DNA of 57,104 nucleotides from Candidatus Olsenella stercoravium. GTDB taxonomy: Bacteria > Actinomycetota > Coriobacteriia > Coriobacteriales > Atopobiaceae. Under the pieces are notes generated by a model that made no database searches, was not told where the DNA came from, and saw nothing but the letters and a program-made list of their open reading frames with translations. The position numbers and the translations under genes are program-made. Location of the stretch: assembly GCA_019116265.1 (NCBI GenBank), contig DXBZ01000035.1, positions 1 through 57,104 of the forward strand, written 5' to 3'. The first letter of the stretch is position 1, and each line of letters opens with the position of its first letter. This document shows, one piece after another, positions 21,190 through 31,200 of this stretch.

Positions 21190-22410
21190 ATGCTCTACAT
21201 CGGGATCGACGTCGCGAAGAGGTCGCACGTGGCGGCCGCGATGGGCGACGGCGGGGAGGTCGCCGTCGAGCCGTTCGAGTTCAGAAACACGCAGAAGGGG
21301 TTCGAGCGTCTGCTCGAGCGCCTCGCCAGACGGGGCGTCTCCGCCGAGGGGTCGCTGGTCGGCATGGAGGCCACGGGGCACTACTGGGTGGCGCTCTTCG
21401 ACTTCCTCGCCGCCAACGGCTTCGAGGTCGCCGTCATCAACCCCATCCAGACCGACGCGTGGCGCAGGGTCGACACCGTGCGGCCGGCGAAGACCGACGG
21501 CATCGACGCCCTGCTCATCGCGGACCTCCTGCGTTGCAAGCGCTTCGAGCCCTCGGCGCTCGGGGACGAGGCGACCGAGGAGCTCAGGCAGCTCGCCCGG
21601 TACCGCTTCGAGCTCGTGCAGGAGCTCACCGCCCTCAAGAACCGGGCGACGGCGATCCTCGACCGGGTGTTCCCGGAGTACGAGCGGCTCTTCGCGGACA
21701 AGTTCGGCCCGACGTCGTCGGCGCTGCTCAAGGAGTGCGCCACGCCCGCCGACGTGCTGGCGGCGGACCCCGAGGCGCTCGCCGGGCTGCTCGCCGAGGC
21801 CAGCCGCGGCAGGCTCGGGCGCGAGAGGGCCGACGAGGTCGTCGAGGCCGCCCGCTCCTCGGTCGGCGTGTCCTTCGGCTCCCGGGCGCTCGCCTTCGAG
21901 CTCAGGGTGCTCGTCGAGCGCATGGAGTTCACCCGCGGGCAGATCTCGGAGCTGGAGGCGGAGATTGCCCGCGCGCTGTCCGAGACCGCCGGCAGGCACC
22001 TGACGAGCATACCGGGCGTCGGGCCCGCGCTCGCGGCGCTCATCGCCGGCGAGGTCGGCGACGCCGCGCGCTTCGAGACGCCCTCCAAGCTCGTCGCGTA
22101 CGCGGGCATGGACGCGACCAGGCGCGTCTCGGGAGAGAGCCTCGACAGCCCCGGGCACCTCTCCAAGCGCGGCTCGTCGTACCTCAGGTGGGCGCTCATG
22201 CAGGGCGCCGACCGGGCAAGGAGGTTCGACCCGCACTTCGGGGAGTGCTACGCGCGCAAGATCTCGCAGGGCAAGCACCACTACGTGGCCCTCACGACGG
22301 TCGCCCGCAAGCTCGCCGCCGTCTGCCTCGCCCTCATGAAGGAGGACAGGGACTGGTCGCCCGACCCGCCGGCCGGGCATCTCCCCGGTCACCTCTCGCA
22401 GAAGAGGTGA
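21190..22410 (+). CDS. IS110 family transposase (DEDD recombinase)
   Basis: GIDVAK, MEATGHYW, KTDGIDA (DEDD); IPGVG, AYAGM, VSGES catalytic serine, SKRGSSYLR. Confidence 0.96.
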   Translation: MLYIGIDVAKRSHVAAAMGDGGEVAVEPFEFRNTQKGFERLLERLARRGVSAEGSLVGMEATGHYWVALFDFLAANGFEVAVINPIQTDAWRRVDTVRPAKTDGIDALLIADLLRCKRFEPSALGDEATEELRQLARYRFELVQELTALKNRATAILDRVFPEYERLFADKFGPTSSALLKECATPADVLAADPEALAGLLAEASRGRLGRERADEVVEAARSSVGVSFGSRALAFELRVLVERMEFTRGQISELEAEIARALSETAGRHLTSIPGVGPALAALIAGEVGDAARFETPSKLVAYAGMDATRRVSGESLDSPGHLSKRGSSYLRWALMQGADRARRFDPHFGECYARKISQGKHHYVALTTVARKLAAVCLALMKEDRDWSPDPPAGHLPGHLSQKR

Positions 22411-22591
22411 CCGTTCGCGCCCTTTATCCCATATCCGGTTTTCAAGGTTCCTATCAAAAGTCTCCGGAATTACCCTTGACTCCTAATAGCAGGTCTCTTG
22501 GTTGGTCCCGTCTGAGTATAGAGGCAAATCGGCGCGATGCTGCTACCATGTTTGGGACGAAAACGAACGCTTACAGGGAGGCGGTGGCGAG

Positions 22592-22849
22592 ATGGACGTG
22601 CGCTCAGAGGACTACGGCGAGCTGCAGCGGCTGGTTGACTCCCTCTTTGCGCCGGGGGTCTCCTCCGCCGCCACGGTGAGCCGGCTCGACGTGGAGCTGC
22701 GCGCGGAGATCTTGGACCTCTCGGGCGACCTGATGGAGGTCGTGGGCGCGCTGCCGCCGCGCAGCTACACTCGCCAGCGCCTCTGCGACCAGATCAACTC
22801 CTGCCTCGTGGCGCGCGGCTGGGGCACCGCCTACGGCACCGTGGAGTAG
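22592..22849 (+). CDS. Small conserved-looking hypothetical protein (85 aa)
   Basis: ATG 22592 after GGAGG; typical codon usage; YTRQRLCDQINS motif. Confidence 0.7.
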   Translation: MDVRSEDYGELQRLVDSLFAPGVSSAATVSRLDVELRAEILDLSGDLMEVVGALPPRSYTRQRLCDQINSCLVARGWGTAYGTVE

Positions 22850-22907
22850 CGCGCTTGCACGGCGCGGGCGTCCTTGTCGCCTGTCCTTGTCGCGCACCCC
22901 TGCCCCA

Positions 22908-23027
22908 TCGTTGAGTGTACGAGTTAGCCTTGTTTCTCTCACTCACTATTCATGTTCTAATTTAATAGTAGTATCTATACATTTGCTCTTAGCCAAGTTT
23001 GAGTAATGTAACTCGTACACTCAACGA
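22908..23027. repeat. AT-rich intergenic element with a perfect 19-bp terminal inverted repeat
   Basis: TCGTTGAGTGTACGAGTTA 22908-26 / TAACTCGTACACTCAACGA 23009-27. Confidence 0.88.
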
Positions 23028-23073
23028 GGGAGAGAAGGAGGAGGGGCGCAAGAAAGCGCGCAAGGCGGGCGAG

Positions 23074-23109
23074 AAAAACGGCGGCGCCCGGACTCCCCGG
23101 ACGCCGCCG
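23074..23109 (-). terminator. Rho-independent terminator of yebC
   Basis: GC stem CGGCGGCG..CCGG/CCGG..CGCCGCCG followed by TTTTT on the minus strand. Confidence 0.75.
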
Positions 23110-23134
23110 CGTCAGTCAGCTATGGGACGAGCGC

Positions 23135-23935
23135 CTAGTCCTCGGCCTCCAGGGCCTCGGCGATCTCGTCGGTGATGTTCATGGTGTGGTAGACGTTCTG
23201 GACGTCCTCCAGCTCGTCGAGGCGGTCGACGAGACGCTGGACCTTCTTGGCATCGGCCACGGAGACGTCGGTCGGGGTGGTGGGGACCATGGTGAGCTCG
23301 GAGCCCTTGACCTCGATGCCCTGGGCCTCAAGGCCCTTCTGGACGTCCTGCATCTTGTCGTAGGCGGTCCAGACGATCCACTGCTCGCCGGCGTCCTCGT
23401 AGTCCTCGCCGCCGGCCTCGGCGACGGCCATCATGAACTCGTCCTCGTCGACGGCGTTCTCGCGGTCGGCGACCTTCTTGTCGTCGGACTTGATGACCTT
23501 CTCGACGGCGATGGAGCCCTTGCGCTCAAACTGGAACGCAACGGAGCCGGAGGTGCCGAGAGAGCCGCCGGAGTGGGAGAAGGCGGAGCGCACGTCGGCT
23601 GCGGTGCGGTTCTTGTTGTCGGTCAGGCAGTCCACGTAGACGGCCACGCCGGCGGGGCCGTAGCCCTCGTAGGTGATCTCGGCGTAGTTGGCGGCATCGG
23701 CACCGGAGCCAAAGGCCTTGTCGATGGCGGCCTTGATCTTGGCGTTGGGCATGGAGACCATGCGCGCACGGGCCACAGCGGCGGCAAGGGTGGCGTTGTT
23801 GTCGGGGTTGGGGTCGCCGCCGAGCTTGGCCGCAACGGTGATGTTGCGGGAGAGCTTGGAGAACAGCGACGAGCGCTTGGCGTCAATAGCGGCCTTCTTG
23901 TGCTTGGTGGTTGCCCACTTAGAGTGTCCGGACAT
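23135..23935 (-). CDS. yebC: YebC/PmpR family protein
   Basis: MSGHSKWATTKHKK, YEGYGPAG, TDNKNRT, EDVQNVY. Confidence 0.96.
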   Translation of the reverse strand: MSGHSKWATTKHKKAAIDAKRSSLFSKLSRNITVAAKLGGDPNPDNNATLAAAVARARMVSMPNAKIKAAIDKAFGSGADAANYAEITYEGYGPAGVAVYVDCLTDNKNRTAADVRSAFSHSGGSLGTSGSVAFQFERKGSIAVEKVIKSDDKKVADRENAVDEDEFMMAVAEAGGEDYEDAGEQWIVWTAYDKMQDVQKGLEAQGIEVKGSELTMVPTTPTDVSVADAKKVQRLVDRLDELEDVQNVYHTMNITDEIAEALEAED

Positions 23936-24028
23936 GCACATCCCCTTCGTTGATCCATGGCATGAAACGTGCCTACGATAGCGAAGAGCGGCCCCGTTGT
24001 AAAGAGGACGGGCGAGAAGAACGCGCGC

Positions 24029-24733
24029 TCACAGGTCGTACTTGGCCACCACGCGTCGGATGGCGCGCCCCCACGGCAGCCAGATCGCAGCGAGAAACGC
24101 GACCGTGGCCGCGCCGTGCGTCACGTCGAGCGGAAGCGACGCCGCGCAGGCGAGCGCGACCGACTCCCAGGTGAGCGGACGCACGTAGCCGAGGACGTGG
24201 TAGCCGTTTAGGATGAGGCCGTAGACCAGGCCGGACGCGAAGCCCCACGCGTAGAGGGCCGGCCCGCGCGAGAGGAGGTTCTTCTCGCCCAGCACGCCGC
24301 CGACGTAGCCCACAAGCCCCCACGCGTACATCTGCCAGGGCGTCCACGGCCCTTGTCCAAAGAAGACGTTGGAGAGCAGCGCCGCGAGGGCGCCCACCAC
24401 AAAGCCGCTGCGCCGGCCGAGCACCGCCCCCGCGAGGATGGCGATCGCCGAGACCGGCTTGACGTCGGGCAGCGGGGCAAAGAGCACGCGTCCCGCCGCA
24501 GCCACCGCCGCGAGCACCGCCGTGGGCATGAGCTGGCGCAGGGCGGGACGCGACGCCTCAAAGCTCGCAAAGAGCAGCACCAGGGCGAGAAGCGCCACGG
24601 CGAGCGTGAGCCCTGCGGTGGCGCGCACGCCCGCCAGCGCGAGCACGACCATCGCCACAGGTACCGCCAGCAAGGTCGGAGCCTCCAGTGCGGCGAGCGC
24701 GCGGGCGCGCGGTGTTTGTCTGTCCCCCATCAT
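24029..24733 (-). CDS. ECF transporter S component (CbrT-like, probably cobalamin)
   Basis: GRVLFAPLPDVKP, SNVFFGQGPWTPWQMYAWG; linked to ECF T/A genes and DUF4430. Confidence 0.85.
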   Translation of the reverse strand: MMGDRQTPRARALAALEAPTLLAVPVAMVVLALAGVRATAGLTLAVALLALVLLFASFEASRPALRQLMPTAVLAAVAAAGRVLFAPLPDVKPVSAIAILAGAVLGRRSGFVVGALAALLSNVFFGQGPWTPWQMYAWGLVGYVGGVLGEKNLLSRGPALYAWGFASGLVYGLILNGYHVLGYVRPLTWESVALACAASLPLDVTHGAATVAFLAAIWLPWGRAIRRVVAKYDL

Positions 24734-24773
24734 GGGTACCAGTTTGCCATAGGCCCGCGACCGAGGAGGCACC

Positions 24774-25199
24774 ATGCTGTACATTGGCAACTTCAGCTAC
24801 AACGACGACTCTGACAGCAAGGACAACTACTGCCTCATGCCCATCGTCGTGGAGGCGACGGACGCCGACGCCGCGATGGAGAAGTTCGCGGCGCACCTCC
24901 ACGAGGTCCGCAAGGGCTCCGACCTGCTCGACGGGGCACACGAGATCTTCCTCGACTCGCTCACCGAGCTGGAGGCCGCGCCGTCCGAGCCTGTGATCTG
25001 CCAGTGGCAGAAGATCGTGCCGGCCATGGACGGCCTGTGCTCGATCACGAGCGCGCTGCCCGTCGTGGACGAGGACGACGAGTTCGCGAGCGCCTACGCC
25101 TGGGGCGACGAGGACGACGAGCACGAGCACTACGACGACATCGAGGAGCTCGACGAGGAGGCGCTCTCGGAGGGAGAGCCGTTCCTGCTGTTTGAGTAG
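24774..25199 (+). CDS. Acidic hypothetical protein lying antisense within the ECF cluster
   Basis: RBS GAGGAGG, strong host codon bias, 141 aa, D/E-rich C-terminus. Confidence 0.8.
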   Translation: MLYIGNFSYNDDSDSKDNYCLMPIVVEATDADAAMEKFAAHLHEVRKGSDLLDGAHEIFLDSLTELEAAPSEPVICQWQKIVPAMDGLCSITSALPVVDEDDEFASAYAWGDEDDEHEHYDDIEELDEEALSEGEPFLLFE

Positions 25200-26590
25200 A
25201 GCCACGAGCCGGCGAGGAAGTCGGCGGCGGGCTCGGTGAGCGCGACCTCGCCATCAAAGACGAGCGACGCCGTGTCGGCGACCGCGGCCACGAAGGCCGC
25301 GTCATGGGTGGCGAGAAGGACCGTGGCGCCTGCGTCCGCGGCCGCACGGACGCGTGCCGCCACCACCTCGCGCGCCGCGCGGTCGAGCCCCTTGGTCGGC
25401 TCGTCGAGAAGCAGCAGGCGCGGGCGCACGAGCAGCAGCTTCTCAAGGGCGAGCAGCTGTTGCTGTCCACCGGAGAGATCGTAGGGGTGCCGATCCGGGC
25501 AGGCGGCGAGCCCCAGACGCGCGAGCGCGGCGTCGACCTCGGCGACGCCGTAGCGGCCTGATGGCGCCGACCACTCCATGAGCTCGTCGCAGACCGTCTC
25601 GCAGGCGAGCACGGTGCGTGGGTCCTGCGGGAGCAGCGCCTGGTCCCTGGCGCACGCGCTTCTCGCCCGCCCTCGTCGGGGGCGCAGCACGCCGGCCGCC
25701 ATCCGCAGCAGCGTGGACTTGCCACAGCCGTTGGCACCGAGCAGCGCGCGGACCTCGCCGGAGCGCATCGTGAGGTCGCAGCCCCGCAGCACCCAGTCCG
25801 CAGCGCGGTCGTAGCAAAACCACACGTCGTCCAGGGAGAGCACGGGGGACGCGTCCCTCTCGCCCGCAGAAGAGCGAGGCGGTAGGGGGGCGTCCCCGCA
25901 GGACCGCAGCTCATCGAGCGCCGCCGTGCGCACGCGCCCGTCCTCCAGCGCAAAGGCGCACGTGGCATAGTCGAGCATCGGCGCCGGCGTGTGCGTGGCC
26001 ACCACGACCGTCATGCCCAGCTCGCGATTGGCTCGGAAGAGCAGGGCGAGAAACGCCTGCTCGGCGACGGGGTCAAGCATGCTCGTGGGCTCGTCGAGCA
26101 GAAGCGCGCGGGGGCGCATGGCCAGCACGGACGCCAGCGCGAGGATTTGCCGACGCCCGCCGGAGAGCTCGGCGACGCGGTCGCGGAACCACGGGCCCAT
26201 GCCCAGGAACGTGGCGGTCTCGGCCACGCGACGGCGCATCTCGGCCTCGCTCACGCCAAGGTTCTCCAGGCCGAAGGCCATCTCGTGCCAGACCGTGTCG
26301 CAGACCATCTGCGCATCCGGGCTCTGGAAGACGTAGCCCACGGCCCGCGCGGAGGAGACGGCATCGAGCCCGCGAACGTCCTCGCCGAAGGCACGCACCG
26401 CGCCCGAGAGCTCCCCCACGGGAGAGATCTCGGGCTTGGCCAGGCGCAGAAGCGTCGACTTGCCAGACCCCGTGGCGCCAACGAGCAGGACAAACGCTCC
26501 TTCGGGCACCTCCAGGCAGGCGTCGAGCAGGACGGGTGCGCCAGCGCCCGCGTACGTGAAGGTCACATGGTCAAAGGAGAGCGCGCTCAC
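25130..26590 (-). CDS. ECF transporter double ATPase component
   Basis: Two Walker A motifs (GATGSGKST, GANGCGKST), LSGG signatures, DEPT motifs. Confidence 0.92.
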   Translation of the reverse strand: MSALSFDHVTFTYAGAGAPVLLDACLEVPEGAFVLLVGATGSGKSTLLRLAKPEISPVGELSGAVRAFGEDVRGLDAVSSARAVGYVFQSPDAQMVCDTVWHEMAFGLENLGVSEAEMRRRVAETATFLGMGPWFRDRVAELSGGRRQILALASVLAMRPRALLLDEPTSMLDPVAEQAFLALLFRANRELGMTVVVATHTPAPMLDYATCAFALEDGRVRTAALDELRSCGDAPLPPRSSAGERDASPVLSLDDVWFCYDRAADWVLRGCDLTMRSGEVRALLGANGCGKSTLLRMAAGVLRPRRGRARSACARDQALLPQDPRTVLACETVCDELMEWSAPSGRYGVAEVDAALARLGLAACPDRHPYDLSGGQQQLLALEKLLLVRPRLLLLDEPTKGLDRAAREVVAARVRAAADAGATVLLATHDAAFVAAVADTASLVFDGEVALTEPAADFLAGSWLYSNSRNGSPSESASSSSSSMSS

Positions 26591-27459
26591 CCGAGCCCCC
26601 TCTCACGCAGCCGCGCGAAGAGCTCCGCGGCGGCGGGCAGGCACGCGAGAAGCGCGGGCGGCACGTAGGCCCACCAGGGACCGAGGCCCGACATCCGCGG
26701 GTAGAAGCGCCAGTCGGCGCAGAGGAGCCAGGCGCAGGCCGCGGCTGCGGCGAGGAGCGCCGCGATGCCGCAGAGCGCCGCCACGTCGCGCGAGCGCAGG
26801 CGTTCCGGCCGGTAGCACGTGCGTGGACGGCCCGACTCCCAGCCGCGGGCACGCATGGAGTCAGCGCGCTCGAGCGACTCCTCGAGCGACCAGGAGAGCA
26901 GAAGCGACGACGTTCGCATGAGGGCGTCGCGCGCGGCGGGGCGAGGGCCTGCGGCCGTGCAGGCCGCGAGCGCCGCGCGCACGTCGCGCGAGCGGCGCAG
27001 GAGCTGGGGCACGAGCTGGGCGACCATGCCCGCCAGCAGGGGCAGGGCGCGGGCGCGGCGCGGGGCGAGCGCGAGGAGCCGATCCTGCGACAGCACCGCC
27101 GCGGCCCCCTCGAACCAGAGGACGACGGCCACCATGAGCGCGCCCATGGTGGCGCCGTAGGCGAGGCTCTCCAGGTAGACGCTGCGCGGCCCCAGCTTGA
27201 GCAGCAGCGTGGACCCGGACGCCGAGAAGAGCGGGTTCGCCAGGCACACGAGCGCGAGCAGCGGCAGCTGCCAGGCGAGCCCGCGCACCGTGGCGGCGGC
27301 GCCCCGCGCGAGAAGCGAGAAGGCCAGCGCGCCCGCGAGCGAGACCGCCACCAGCACGGGGTGCACCGCCAGCATGGAGAGCGCGACCACCCCGGCGAAC
27401 AGCGCCGTCGGGACGGCGGCGTGACATGACTCGAAGGCTATGGGACGGGCGGCCGCCAC
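26587..27459 (-). CDS. ECF transporter transmembrane T component
   Basis: TM helices, LESLAYG, ADSMRARG motif; overlaps the ATPase start. Confidence 0.88.
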   Translation of the reverse strand: MAAARPIAFESCHAAVPTALFAGVVALSMLAVHPVLVAVSLAGALAFSLLARGAAATVRGLAWQLPLLALVCLANPLFSASGSTLLLKLGPRSVYLESLAYGATMGALMVAVVLWFEGAAAVLSQDRLLALAPRRARALPLLAGMVAQLVPQLLRRSRDVRAALAACTAAGPRPAARDALMRTSSLLLSWSLEESLERADSMRARGWESGRPRTCYRPERLRSRDVAALCGIAALLAAAAACAWLLCADWRFYPRMSGLGPWWAYVPPALLACLPAAAELFARLRERGLG

Positions 27460-27473
27460 GTACTCCTCGCCGG

Positions 27474-27953
27474 CTACTCGGTGAACTCGGTCACGTAGGT
27501 CCAGGTCACCACATCACCGTCGGAGAGCTCGTACTGGGAGCAGCCGACCTCGGCCATCTCACCGTTGACCTCGAACATCCACCCGCTCATGTCGCCGAAG
27601 TCCCCTCCGGCGAGCCCGTCGATGCCCTGGACGTACATGCCGTAGTCCGAGTCGGACGCGTTGACGTCGACGCCGGTGGCGACGAGGGCGTCGTAGACCG
27701 TGGCGCCCTCGGGAACCTCGACCTCGGCGGACGTGGCCTCGCCCTCGCCGGCGGTGGCGTCGACCTCGACGGTGACGGCGATGGTCGCCTGCTGCTCCTG
27801 TGCCGCGTCGGTGCCGGAGTCCGCCGCGCCGTCCGTGGCGGGCGCGGCGCCGCAGGCAACCAGGCCCACGACGAGCACGAGCGCCGCGAAGGCAGCGCCG
27901 AGGCGCATGAGCGGGTTCTTCTCGGCAGTTCTGTTGTGGCGCTTCTGAGACAT
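27474..27953 (-). CDS. DUF4430 (transcobalamin-like) lipoprotein, probable B12-binding component
   Basis: Lipobox LVAC; GATVYDAL, YVQGIDG, SGWMFEVNG, GDVVTWTY. Confidence 0.82.
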   Translation of the reverse strand: MSQKRHNRTAEKNPLMRLGAAFAALVLVVGLVACGAAPATDGAADSGTDAAQEQQATIAVTVEVDATAGEGEATSAEVEVPEGATVYDALVATGVDVNASDSDYGMYVQGIDGLAGGDFGDMSGWMFEVNGEMAEVGCSQYELSDGDVVTWTYVTEFTE

Positions 27954-27994
27954 TGTGCCTCGCTCTCTGCCCCAGAGGGGCGTCGGGAGGGCAA

Positions 27995-28112
27995 GGCAGG
28001 ACGGGCGGCCCGCGCGGCCGCCAACCTATGAACACAGTCTTGTGCTGTTCCGGAGTCAAACCGGAATCCTTTTTTCATCTACTAGGCGTAGCAGCTCTTC
28101 GAACCGTGCCCT
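27995..28112 (-). promoter_or_regulatory. Probable variant cobalamin riboswitch
   Basis: Minus strand GGTTC...AAAAGGATTCCGGTTTGACTCCGGAACAGCACAAGACTGT...CCTGCC follows the order of B12-element motifs; TGnTACACT -10 at 28132-40; upstream of a cobalamin-type ECF. Confidence 0.55.
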
Positions 28113-28252
28113 CTATGCTGTTGGGGAACCCAGTGTAGCAGGTTCGCGGGGCGCGAGGGCCCGCTCGCACGCCCGCTCGCAGCCGCCGGGTCTAGCCTTC
28201 CTGAATCTGGGTAAACAAGGCTTATTTACCCCCTCGACCGAATCGAGCCTGC

Positions 28253-31200
28253 ATGCCCAGCGCACACCGCACGTCGCGCCCCACGGCCCTCGCCCTCGCC
28301 CTTCTCATCCTCGTCACCTCTCTCATCGCGCTCGCCCCCGCACCCGCGCACGCCACCGACATCCTCAAGCTCACCGACCCGGGCACCTCTCAGGGCTGGG
28401 TCGACCTCTTCGGAGACGGCTCGGGGGCCCTCTCCTACTCGACCGGCCAGTCCGGGCGCATCTGGGTGGACAAGTCCGTCTACGGTAGCTCCGAGGACGC
28501 GCGCGCCGCGGGGCTGCCCGTATCCCTCGAGGACGAGGAACACGGCTTCATCGTGGGCCTCTCGGCCCTCTCCAGCGCCGCATCCTTCCGCCACGAGGGC
28601 GGACCCGCCCACGACGTCGTGCTCGTAGTCCCGCTCAACCGCCTGCTCGTGGACAGGACCTATGACGGGCGCGCGCAGGCCGCCCACCTCGCCGACGCCC
28701 TCAACGCCGCGATTTCCCGTCTCATGGCCGAGAACGACGACGGCCCGACGCCCACCCGCGTGAGCGTGATAGGCTACAGCTCCGACGTGACGACGCTCAT
28801 GCCACTTGCGTCGTACGAGCCCGATGACCAGGGGCGCTACATTTCGTTCGTCCCGGCGACGTCCTCCTCCCCCGCCGCGCTCGAGGTGGTGGCGCATGCC
28901 CTCGACCCGGGGGTCGAGACCCGGGACGGCTCGTTCGGGGCGGGCCTCTACCTCCAGCGCGCGGCATACGTTGCGGGCGAGTCGCTCGCAGCGGCGGCGG
29001 ATGACGAGGGCGTGACGGGACGGGCGCCCGTGATGGTGCTCATGTCACTCGAGGCGCCGTCGATGGCGAGCGTCCACGTTGACGAGCCGCCCGCCTACAC
29101 GGGCGACGCGGCGGGATTCCTCGGCCCGCTGCCGAGCTCGCGCGAGACCGGGTACGGAACCGACGCGCCGTTCGCGACGATGCTCACCGTGCGCCTCGAG
29201 GCGCAGCGCGTGAGTAGCGCCTGGGAGGCCGCCGGCGCAGGCGGGGACCTCGAGCTCTACACCACAGGACTCGACACCACAGACATGGCCGCCTATCTGA
29301 TCGAGACCGCGAGCGGCCAGAAGTCGGTGACGCTCGAGGACACGGTCGCAGGCCAGCAGGTCGACCTAGCGGAGAACCTGCGCGAGGCCGCCCGCGCCTA
29401 CGGCGAGGCAGCGGCCGCGGGCAGGGAGAGCGTGTCGCTCGACCTCGTGGGGTCGAGCGGGTCGGGCCTCGTGAGCGAGACCGTGGAGCTTCCCGTCGTT
29501 AACGGCCTCGTCTCCGCGGACGACGGCTATGCGCTCAGCTCCGTCGACGAGTACCTCTCCGCCCGCAGCGCACGCGCGCTCTCCTGGGCGCTCGACACCG
29601 TGGTCGACCGCATGCTCGACGTCGAGTACGACGCCCCCGCCTCGGGCGGGGAGGGGTCGGAGCTGCCCGGCGGGAGCCGCGTGAGCGTGCGTGACCGCAT
29701 GGGTGCCGGGATGCTCGTCGGCCGCGTGGACGGCATCGCGTACGGTGACGAGCTGCTCAACGGCTCGCTCGCCGCCCAGGCGGTCCAGATCAGCCTCTCG
29801 GACCCCTTCGACGTGGAGGCCACGCACGAGTTCGCCTACCTCGTGAGCGCCGTCAACGCCCGCTACCACCTCGGCGGCGACGCATACGGCCTCTTCTACG
29901 ACGCCCTTTCCGACCGCCAGATCTACTACGACGGCGAGACGTCCTTCTCCAACCGCGCCTCGTGGTACGTCGACGGCAACCACGACATGGTCGCAGGCGA
30001 TGGCCTCCCCTACCGCTTCGCCCGAACCGACGAGGTGGACGCCATCGCCAACGGCACCTGGGAGCAGGCGGACGCAGGCGTTCGCTCGCGCGTCAAGGCG
30101 GCGCGCTCCGCCGGCGCCACGGCGGTGTGCGAGACCTACTTCTACATAGGCAACCTGGAGAACCAGTACACGGGCGGGGACGCCGCGCTCTACGACTTCG
30201 TGGTCATGGTCGAGACCGACCTCGCCACCGGACGGCAGACGCTTCTGCTCTCGGCCCCCGTCGAGGCCGTGCCCGCGCGGCGCGCGAGCGTGACCGTGCA
30301 CGAGGACGGGACGGCGACAATGGCGCTCGAGGACGGCGGGGACGCGCAGCCGGTACGCCTCGTCTACGAGGTTCGGCCCACGGCCCCCGTCGAGGCGCTC
30401 CTCGAGCGCATCGAGGCGGGCGGTACCGTGAGCGACGAGGAGCTCGCGCAGGCCGCGGGCACTGACGTCGCCCAGACGGCATCGGGCGGTCGCCTGCTCT
30501 ACGCAAGCGACTTCGACGGCTCCGGTGCGTCGGCCGAGGCCGGTGCGAGCGGCTCGGCATGGGTCGCGCCGGGCAACTCCTACTACTCCTTCGCGCACGA
30601 CGCGCCGCTCTTCTCGCTCAGGGCGGGCCAGACGCCCCCCGCGTCGGGACTGCCCGCGGCAGACCAGCTTGAGCCGCTCATGACCGATCCCGTCGCGGGA
30701 GCGACCTACTACTACGCCAAGGTGATCTACGATGCCACCCTCACCGCACCGGGCGTGGAGGAGCCCGCGACGCAGCGCACCGTCTACCTTCCCTACGTCG
30801 CCCCGAGCGAGCTCGCGGGACGCCTCGCACAGGGGGCGAACGGCCAGTGGCTCGCGCTCGCCGGCACACCCAAGTACCTCGTCCCCGTCGAGCTCGGCTC
30901 GCGCGAGAAGGACGCCAACGTCACGGGCAGCGCCCCGTACGCCGAGCGCCTGGGCATCGAGCAGACGCGAGACGACGGAATCCACCTGCGCGCGCGTCTG
31001 GGAAACAACGGCCTTCTCGTCCTGCCGCCCCAGACGGGAAGCGCGGAGCTCGTGGTGGAGAAGGACCTCGACGGCGGGAGGCACGAGCTCACGGACTCCG
31101 AGCGCGCGCAGACGTTCGCGTTCGACGTCTCGCTCTCCCGCGCGGGCGGTGCCCCGCTCGACGCCCCCGTCCTGCTGACGGGACCGTCCGGTGAGGCCGA

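Larger units (their letters stand above)
20930..22497 (+). mobile_element. Complete IS110-family insertion sequence
   Basis: CT(C) core at both ends (20930-32, 22495-97); joining the ends gives TTGACT-N17-TATATT; long 5' non-coding end; perfect 24-bp internal IR. Confidence 0.85.
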
